Part shown: positions 57,407 to 64,000 of the stretch, piece by piece
How the letters are laid out: each line of letters begins with the position of its first letter
Position numbering within the stretch: position 1 is the stretch's first letter
Assembly: GCA_903862245.1 (NCBI GenBank)
Contig: CAIOXL010000110.1
Location: forward strand, 15,336 to 79,335
Length of the DNA: 64,000 nt
Source: an uncultured Geobacteraceae bacterium
GTDB lineage: Bacteria > Desulfobacterota > Desulfuromonadia > Geobacterales > Pseudopelobacteraceae
Direction of reading: 5' to 3'
The notes under the pieces: generated by a model
Told to the model about the DNA's origin: nothing
Databases searched by the model: none
What the model saw: the letters and a program-made list of their open reading frames with translations, nothing else
Program-made: the position numbers and the translations under genes

Positions 57407-58852
57407 TTAAAATGGCGCTTTTACTAACTTCCAGGTCGGGCTGTTCACCGCCATATCCACATCACGGGCAAAGATTTCAAAGCCGTTGTAACCATGGTAG
57501 GGGCCGGAATAGTCCCAGCTGTGCATCTGGCGGAAGGGAATACCCATTTTCTGGAACACGTATTTTTCCTTGATGCCGGAACCGATCAGGTCCGGTTTCA
57601 GGGCGTGGGCAAATTTTTCGAATTCGTACTCGGAGGGGTCGTCATATACCACCGTGGCATCCGGCATCTCCGGAGAGGTCCGGTCATAGTCGTCCGTATG
57701 GGCAAATTCGTAGCCGGAACCGACGCAGTCCATCCCCAGGTCCTCATAGGCGCCGATGGTGTGGCGCGGGCGGAGACCGCCAACGAGGAGCATAACTTTT
57801 TTCCCGTCCAGACGCGGTTTGTATTCGTCAATAATGGCCTGCATAATCGGCTCATACTTGGCGATGGCCAGCTCAACTTTCTCCCTGATCGTATCGTCGA
57901 AACGTGCGCCGATCGCCCGCAGACTTTCCCTGATCTTGGTCGGTCCGAAGAAGTTGAACTCCAGCCAGGGGATGCCGTACTTTTCTTCCATGACCTTGCA
58001 CATGTAGTTCATGGAGCGATAGCAGTGGATCAGGTTCAGCTTGACCGTGTGGGTCGCAGCGATTTTTTCCAGCTCGCCGTCACCGGTCCAGACCGATTTT
58101 ACATTCAGGCCGATCTCTTCCAGCAGCGACTTGGCAGACCAGACATCGCCGCCAATGTTGTAGTCGCCGATCAGCGCGATGTCGTATGGGCTGGACGGTT
58201 CGGCAAACTCGCGGGTCTCGATGATGTAATCGCGGATCGTGTCGTTGGAGATATGGTGCCCCAGTGACTGTGACACGCCGCGGAACCCCTCGCAGTTGCA
58301 GGGGATAATCGGGATATCCAGTTCCTTGGCGGACTGTTTAGCCACGGAGTTGATATCGTCGCCGATCAGGCCGACCGGACATTCGGAGAGGACCGAGATC
58401 CCCTTGGCCAGCGGAAACAGGTCCACCGCCTCCGCCAGCAATGTTTTCAACTTCTTGTCGCCGCCGTAGACAATATCCTTTTCCTGGAAGTCGGAGGTGA
58501 ACTGCATGGCGAACTGGGTGACCCCGTTGATGCCGGTCACCAGGTTGCGCCGGGTGCCCCAGGAATACCAGCCGCAGCCGACCGGGCCGTGGGAGACATG
58601 GACCATGTCGCGGATCGGTCCCCAGACAACCCCTTTGGCGCCGGCGTAAGCACAGCCACGGGCGCTCATGACGCCGGGGACGGTTTTCTTGTTTGACTTG
58701 ACGCAGGCGGAACCGGCGGCCTGGTCGTTTGCGCCAAGATGTGGAGCGCGTTTCTTTTTTGCCTTCTCGGGATATACCGAAAGGGCATCGGCGATCATGG
58801 CCTCGGTGGATTCTTTAGTGATGCCTTCGATTTTTCGTATTTTGTCAGACAT
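57407..58852 (-). CDS. nifD: Nitrogenase MoFe protein alpha chain
   Basis: Start MSDKIRK. NifD pattern ([30 protein letters not shown]). Confidence 0.95.
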   Translation of the reverse strand: MSDKIRKIEGITKESTEAMIADALSVYPEKAKKKRAPHLGANDQAAGSACVKSNKKTVPGVMSARGCAYAGAKGVVWGPIRDMVHVSHGPVGCGWYSWGTRRNLVTGINGVTQFAMQFTSDFQEKDIVYGGDKKLKTLLAEAVDLFPLAKGISVLSECPVGLIGDDINSVAKQSAKELDIPIIPCNCEGFRGVSQSLGHHISNDTIRDYIIETREFAEPSSPYDIALIGDYNIGGDVWSAKSLLEEIGLNVKSVWTGDGELEKIAATHTVKLNLIHCYRSMNYMCKVMEEKYGIPWLEFNFFGPTKIRESLRAIGARFDDTIREKVELAIAKYEPIMQAIIDEYKPRLDGKKVMLLVGGLRPRHTIGAYEDLGMDCVGSGYEFAHTDDYDRTSPEMPDATVVYDDPSEYEFEKFAHALKPDLIGSGIKEKYVFQKMGIPFRQMHSWDYSGPYHGYNGFEIFARDVDMAVNSPTWKLVKAPF

Positions 58853-58868
58853 TATTACCCTCTCTTTC

Positions 58869-58955
58869 AACACTGAGACACAGAGACACAGAGAAAATTA
58901 GTATTGATCTGTTTTAGTCGGCTTATACTCCGTGCCTCAGTATCTCTCTGTGTAA
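58869..58955. repeat. Periodic-arm hairpin element E1 (nifH-nifD spacer)
   Basis: Left arm AACACTGAGACACAGAGACACAGAGAAAA. Right arm ...CTCAGTATCTCTCTGTGTAA. About 80% identical to the left arm of E2. Confidence 0.75.
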
Positions 58956-58961
58956 TTTAAG

Positions 58962-60002
<1,041 letters not shown>

Positions 60003-60141
60003 TTAAGGAGGTTGGGGGAAACGGGAGCGAAACAGGTGAGGGGAGTGCCGACGGATTCAGACGATTTATTGCTCTGCCGGGCAGATGGTTGCCTTTTTTT
60101 TGGTCACATCGGCACTATTAGTCCTGAAAACGGCAGTTAGA

Positions 60142-60273
60142 ATAACACGGAGCAACGGAGCAACGGAGAAATCACGATTTTACATAGGCAACATCATGTA
60201 CCGATACGGTGCGCATCAAGAAGTCATCTTCAAGAAGATTCTCCTTTATTCTCACTCCGTTGCTCCGTGTTAT
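60142..60273. repeat. Periodic-arm hairpin element E3 (modC-nifH spacer)
   Basis: Perfect 19-bp inverted repeat ATAACACGGAGCAACGGAG (60142-60160 / 60255-60273). The left arm continues as (GGAGCAAC)2GGAGAA. The spacer is 94 nt. Confidence 0.8.
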
Positions 60274-60294
60274 AAACGGTTTTACGGGTTGTCG

Positions 60295-61377
60295 TTAGGG
60301 CCTAGTTTGGCTGGTGGCTGCTGCCAGTCTCCGGAACGCCGAGGCTTTGATTGCCGCATACACAACACTTCCTTTCTCTATTGCCAATTCCCGGGCGGCG
60401 TCCGGGACAATTTCTGCCACCAGCCTCCCCCCACCGCATGTCATCTCCACCCCCAGCTTGGCACCGCTTTCAAAAAGCCCGGCGACGCTGCAGTGCAGCA
60501 GGTTGCGGGCGCTGATCGCCTCGGGATGTTTTTTGAAGAGAATGATATCTTTCGACGAAAGTTCGAACAGTCCGGCGGCGGTATCCCGGTTCCCCGCCGA
60601 CAGCAGCAGCTCCCCCCCCTGCCAGCGGTAGGCGCACATACCGTCGCGCTCGGTCATGCTGCACAGCTCCAGCAGGTTGATATATCCGGCCGAACTCTGC
60701 CCCATGCGGTTCCGCGCCAGCTGTTCGCTGCTGCTCTGTCCGGTCATAACCCCCTTTTCAAAAGCCAGCACGGTATCGGTCATGAGACGCATTTCCACCA
60801 GCGAATGGGAGATGAACAGATACGGTATGCCGAACTGTTCGCTGACGCTTTTCAGGTAGGGAATAATCTGGAAGCGGAGGGAATCGTCCAGCGCCGAAAG
60901 CGGTTCGTCCATCAGCAGCAGCCGGGGGTTGGCCAGGATGGCCCGCCCCAGGGCAACTCGCTGTTTTTCCCCCCCCGACAGATTCGTCACCCCGCGATCA
61001 AGCAGCGGCTCCAGTTCCAGTATCGTAACCAGTGTAGCAAAGTTCACCGTGCGAAACTCGGCAGGGCAGCGTTTATAGCCGTACAGCAGGTTGTTTCTGA
61101 CATTCAGATGCGGGAACAGGGCGTGCTGTTGAAACACCATAGCGATGCGCCGCTTTTCAGGGCGCACCTGTATCCCCCTGGCACTGCTGAAGAGGCAGAC
61201 TCCGTCCAGGGTTATCTCGCCGCTGTCCGGTTCAAGAAGCCCCGCCAGCATACTCACCAGGGTCGATTTGCCGCTCCCCGACGTGCCGAAAATGCCGATC
61301 CGTTCACCTGAAACGGCAATGTCCGCAGAAAGAGTAAAGGCGCCGAAGTTTTTTTGTACCGTCATGGCGAGCTGCAT
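60295..61377 (-). CDS. modC: Molybdate ABC transporter ATP-binding protein with a C-terminal TOBE domain
   Basis: Walker A GTSGSGKST, signature LSGGEKQR, Walker B LMDEPLS. C-terminal Mop/TOBE-like region. Confidence 0.9.
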   Translation of the reverse strand: MQLAMTVQKNFGAFTLSADIAVSGERIGIFGTSGSGKSTLVSMLAGLLEPDSGEITLDGVCLFSSARGIQVRPEKRRIAMVFQQHALFPHLNVRNNLLYGYKRCPAEFRTVNFATLVTILELEPLLDRGVTNLSGGEKQRVALGRAILANPRLLLMDEPLSALDDSLRFQIIPYLKSVSEQFGIPYLFISHSLVEMRLMTDTVLAFEKGVMTGQSSSEQLARNRMGQSSAGYINLLELCSMTERDGMCAYRWQGGELLLSAGNRDTAAGLFELSSKDIILFKKHPEAISARNLLHCSVAGLFESGAKLGVEMTCGGGRLVAEIVPDAARELAIEKGSVVYAAIKASAFRRLAAATSQTRP

Positions 61378-61378
61378 G

Positions 61379-62059
61379 TCATTCCTTCCTGGCCATTTTT
61401 TTTGCCATCACTTCATGCAGAAACAGCACGACCAGCGAAATGGCAACCGAAACGATGCAGAGAGAGAGGGCCATTGTTTCACTGGTGGGTGAGCTGGCAT
61501 ACTCATAGATGGCAAGGGGAATTGTCTGGGTTACACCCGGAATATTGCCGGCCACGATAATGGTGGCACCAAATTCCCCCAGGCTGCGGGCAAACATCAG
61601 TGACGAGCCGGCTACCAGACCGGGTGCCGAGAGCGGCAGGATAACGGTCAGCAAGGTATCGTGCCACCGTGCGCCAAGAGTCCGGGAAGCATTGATCAAC
61701 TGTGGATCAATACCTTCCATGCCGATACGCAGGGAACGGACGAGCAAGGGGAAACCGACGATTGCCGAGGCGATGACCGCCGCCTTGAGGGTAAAGATTA
61801 TACGAATACCGGCGGTGTTAAGCAGGGAACCAAGCCAGCCGTTTCTGCCCAGAAGGAGAAGCAGCAGATATCCCACCACCACCGGCGGCAGGGTTAACGG
61901 CAGGTTGACAAGCACCTCAAGCAGCACCTTGCCGCGAAACCGGACAAAGGTGATCAGATAGGCAACGCCAAAGCCGACCGGCAGCGATACCAGCGTCGCC
62001 GTAATTGCGACCTGTACCGAAAGTCTGATGGCATCGTAATCTGTAGAGGAAAATATCAT
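61379..62059 (-). CDS. modB: Molybdate ABC transporter permease
   Basis: 226 aa with the EAA-loop region (ASRTLGARWHDTLLTVILP). Confidence 0.92.
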   Translation of the reverse strand: MIFSSTDYDAIRLSVQVAITATLVSLPVGFGVAYLITFVRFRGKVLLEVLVNLPLTLPPVVVGYLLLLLLGRNGWLGSLLNTAGIRIIFTLKAAVIASAIVGFPLLVRSLRIGMEGIDPQLINASRTLGARWHDTLLTVILPLSAPGLVAGSSLMFARSLGEFGATIIVAGNIPGVTQTIPLAIYEYASSPTSETMALSLCIVSVAISLVVLFLHEVMAKKMARKE

Positions 62060-62073
62060 GTTCTTTGCCTTTC

Positions 62074-62817
62074 TTACCGCGCAGCAAATCCGTATCTGGC
62101 AAGTACGGAGGCGGCCTCATCGCCATGCAGATAGGTAAAGAACGTAGCAGCATAACTGTTCTTCCGCCCAGTGGCGGTCAGCGCCATTGGGTACGTTACC
62201 CGTGAATACAATTCCTGTGGCACAGTGAAGAGAATTTTTGCCTGTTTCCCCAGCAGGGCATCGGTTCTATAGACGAAGGCACCATCCACCTCGCCCCGCT
62301 CGGCATACATCAGGCATTCCCGCACATCCTTGGCCATGACCAGCTTTTTTCCCAGTTGTTTGTCAAGGCCGGCCTTCTTAAAGGCTTCCATGGCATATTC
62401 ACCGGCAGGAACACTCTTGGGGCTGCCGATGGCGATTCTGTCAAGCTTGATCAGATCTTGCATCGCTGATGCCTTCCCGGGGGCCCCGGCAAATACCAGG
62501 GTGTTATACGTAAATGTAGTGATGCTGGCGGAATCGATCAGTTTTATGTTCTTCAGGTAGTCCATCCATTCAAGGTTGGCCGCAATGAAAATATCAGATG
62601 GTGCGCCGTTCTCGATCTGCTTGGACAAGGCGCCGGATGCGCCGTAATTATTGACAAACTTCACCCCGGGATGCTGCTTGGCAAAACGGTCGGACAACTC
62701 GTTAATAACCTCTTTCAGGCTGGCGGCCACGGAAAGATTGACGTCAGCGGCAACTGCCGGGACAGATAAATGGAACAGGCAGGTTAGGATAACTGCCATT
62801 TTAGCGATCTGTTTCAT
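62074..62817 (-). CDS. modA: Molybdate-binding periplasmic protein
   Basis: 247 aa with a signal peptide and the ModA pattern (NYGASGAL..QIENGAP.D.F.AAN). Confidence 0.9.
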   Translation of the reverse strand: MKQIAKMAVILTCLFHLSVPAVAADVNLSVAASLKEVINELSDRFAKQHPGVKFVNNYGASGALSKQIENGAPSDIFIAANLEWMDYLKNIKLIDSASITTFTYNTLVFAGAPGKASAMQDLIKLDRIAIGSPKSVPAGEYAMEAFKKAGLDKQLGKKLVMAKDVRECLMYAERGEVDGAFVYRTDALLGKQAKILFTVPQELYSRVTYPMALTATGRKNSYAATFFTYLHGDEAASVLARYGFAAR

Positions 62818-62853
62818 GTGAGTTACCTCTTGGTTTTGTAGAGTTTATTGAGT

Positions 62854-63705
62854 TTATGTTGGCCGGATTACGACACCAACATCAGATGGCTTACCAAAAT
62901 AGACCGACGACAGTACGATGATGTCTATACCGGTTCCCGCATAGTCGGCAGCGTTGGCCTCATTGATGCCACCGGCGGCAGAAATCAGAAGGTCCGGATT
63001 AACACCCCGCAGGGCGACCACCGTCTCCGCCAGCTCGGCCGGCGTAATTTTGTCGAGTTGAACGATGTCAGCACCGCTGCGGGCGATGAGCAGAGCCTCC
63101 TCTTTGGTTTCTGCTTCGATGATGATTTTTGTCTCACGTGCCGTTAATTTCAGCTCCGCTACGGTGTCGAGGAAGGGAGCCAGGCCGCCAAAGAAAGCGG
63201 TATGCTGTTTAAATACAAGCACACTCTCCGACAGTCCCAACCGGTGCGGCAGTGCGCCTCCGGCAGTGATAGCCTTGATGACGATCTTTTTCGTCCCGGG
63301 AAATGATTTACGTGTGGTAACAACTGACAGCGCAGGGTTTACGTTTCTGCACTTTTCCACTATGCGCTGCGTCCGTGATGCGACCCCCGAGGCATATTCC
63401 AGCAGATTTAATGCCACTTTCCATCCCGCTTGCAACGCCTGTACCGACCCGGAAGCGACAAGAAACGGGATCGCAGGTTGCAGTCTGGTGCCGCTCGGGA
63501 TGCAGGATGATACCGTTGCGCCGCATTTTTCGAATATCCTGGCGGCCTCTTCACTGCAGCAGACCGTCGTTTCCTCACGGGTAGAGAACACAATTTGTCC
63601 ACTTCTGCTACCGATGCCGAGCAGATGCGTCGTCAGATCGCCATAGGGCACATCCTCTTCGATGATTCGTTCGATATCGCGGTCCGGAATACACGTAATC
63701 ATCAC
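62854..63705 (-). CDS. modD: ModD protein (quinolinate phosphoribosyltransferase-like)
   Basis: 283 aa. QPRTase-fold pattern (DVPYGDLTT..., TRKSFPG.K, GGINEANAADYA). Positioned in front of modABC. Confidence 0.8.
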   Translation of the reverse strand: MMITCIPDRDIERIIEEDVPYGDLTTHLLGIGSRSGQIVFSTREETTVCCSEEAARIFEKCGATVSSCIPSGTRLQPAIPFLVASGSVQALQAGWKVALNLLEYASGVASRTQRIVEKCRNVNPALSVVTTRKSFPGTKKIVIKAITAGGALPHRLGLSESVLVFKQHTAFFGGLAPFLDTVAELKLTARETKIIIEAETKEEALLIARSGADIVQLDKITPAELAETVVALRGVNPDLLISAAGGINEANAADYAGTGIDIIVLSSVYFGKPSDVGVVIRPT

Positions 63706-63719
63706 TTACCTTTCCCTAC

Positions 63720-63747
63720 ATCGTTATAGCTGTCTGGATACAACGAT
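63720..63747. promoter_or_regulatory. Imperfect palindrome resembling a ModE-type molybdate operator
   Basis: ATCGTTATAgctgtctggATACAACGAT, with 9 of 12 arm positions complementary. It lies between the Mop/TOBE gene and the modD start. Confidence 0.45.
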
Positions 63748-63793
63748 ACAGCATAAGAAAGGGACAGCGCCGGTGATGTCCCTTTGATTTGTG

Positions 63794-64000
63794 TCAGCTG
63801 ACGCCGATGATGACGCTGGAGGCTTTGAACAGAGCACAGGCGTGGCCACCCACTTTCAAACCAAGCCGTGTTGCGCTGTCGTGGGTGATGACGGCACTGA
63901 CGGTATTGCCGCCGCCGATCTCCACATCAACCTCGGTATTGACCGCTCCTTCGATGATTGTGGTGATCGTACCGCAAAAGATGTTGCGGGCGCTGATTTT
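63794..64000 (-). CDS. Mop/TOBE-domain protein, 3' end only (ModE C-terminus or a molbindin)
   Basis: My translation ...SARNIFCGTITTIIEGAVNTEVDVEIGGGNTVSAVITHDSATRLGLKVGGHACALFKASSVIIGVS* is a canonical TOBE repeat. The gene continues beyond the window end. Confidence 0.75.
   Translation of the reverse strand, partial: KISARNIFCGTITTIIEGAVNTEVDVEIGGGNTVSAVITHDSATRLGLKVGGHACALFKASSVIIGVS

Overview
GC-rich bacterial chromosome segment. Gene content suggests a Desulfuromonadales/Geobacter-like deltaproteobacterium: a T-box leader on leuA, a fused nifEN, sigma-54 nif promoters and no nifA. This lineage call is inference only. Positions 1-46500 are mostly envelope and housekeeping genes. They include a MacAB-type efflux operon, lon, an Mla lipid-transport operon with an embedded EVE-domain gene, an M16 peptidase pair, a RodZ/TPR cluster, an RND efflux operon with pabB-pabC embedded, a T2SS core (gspCDEF), dapF, mntH, leuA and a peroxiredoxin. 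A short, visibly AT-richer islet (about 12.1-14.0 kb) carries a TumE/TumA-like toxin-antitoxin pair and a secreted Sel1-repeat protein. Positions 46700-64000 form a compact nitrogen-fixation/molybdenum island on two convergent arms. One arm is a sigma-54 promoter, an outer-membrane protein gene, a terminator, glnB, amtB and a sensor-less histidine kinase. The other arm is a Mop/TOBE gene, modD, modABC, nifHDK, nifEN, nifX, a ferredoxin, a nifX-like gene and draT. No rRNA, tRNA, CRISPR array, transposase or integrase was seen. The least explained items are: (i) a family of intergenic hairpin elements whose arms are short periodic tandem repeats, three of them in the mod/nif cluster sharing AACACNGAG...CTCNGTGTT termini; (ii) intrinsic terminators between sigma-54 promoters and nitrogen genes, implying antitermination control; (iii) a 612-aa protein with no recognisable motif next to a 938-aa multi-GAF sigma-54 activator; (iv) draT without draG. 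No convincing new multi-gene system such as a defence system could be supported from sequence alone.
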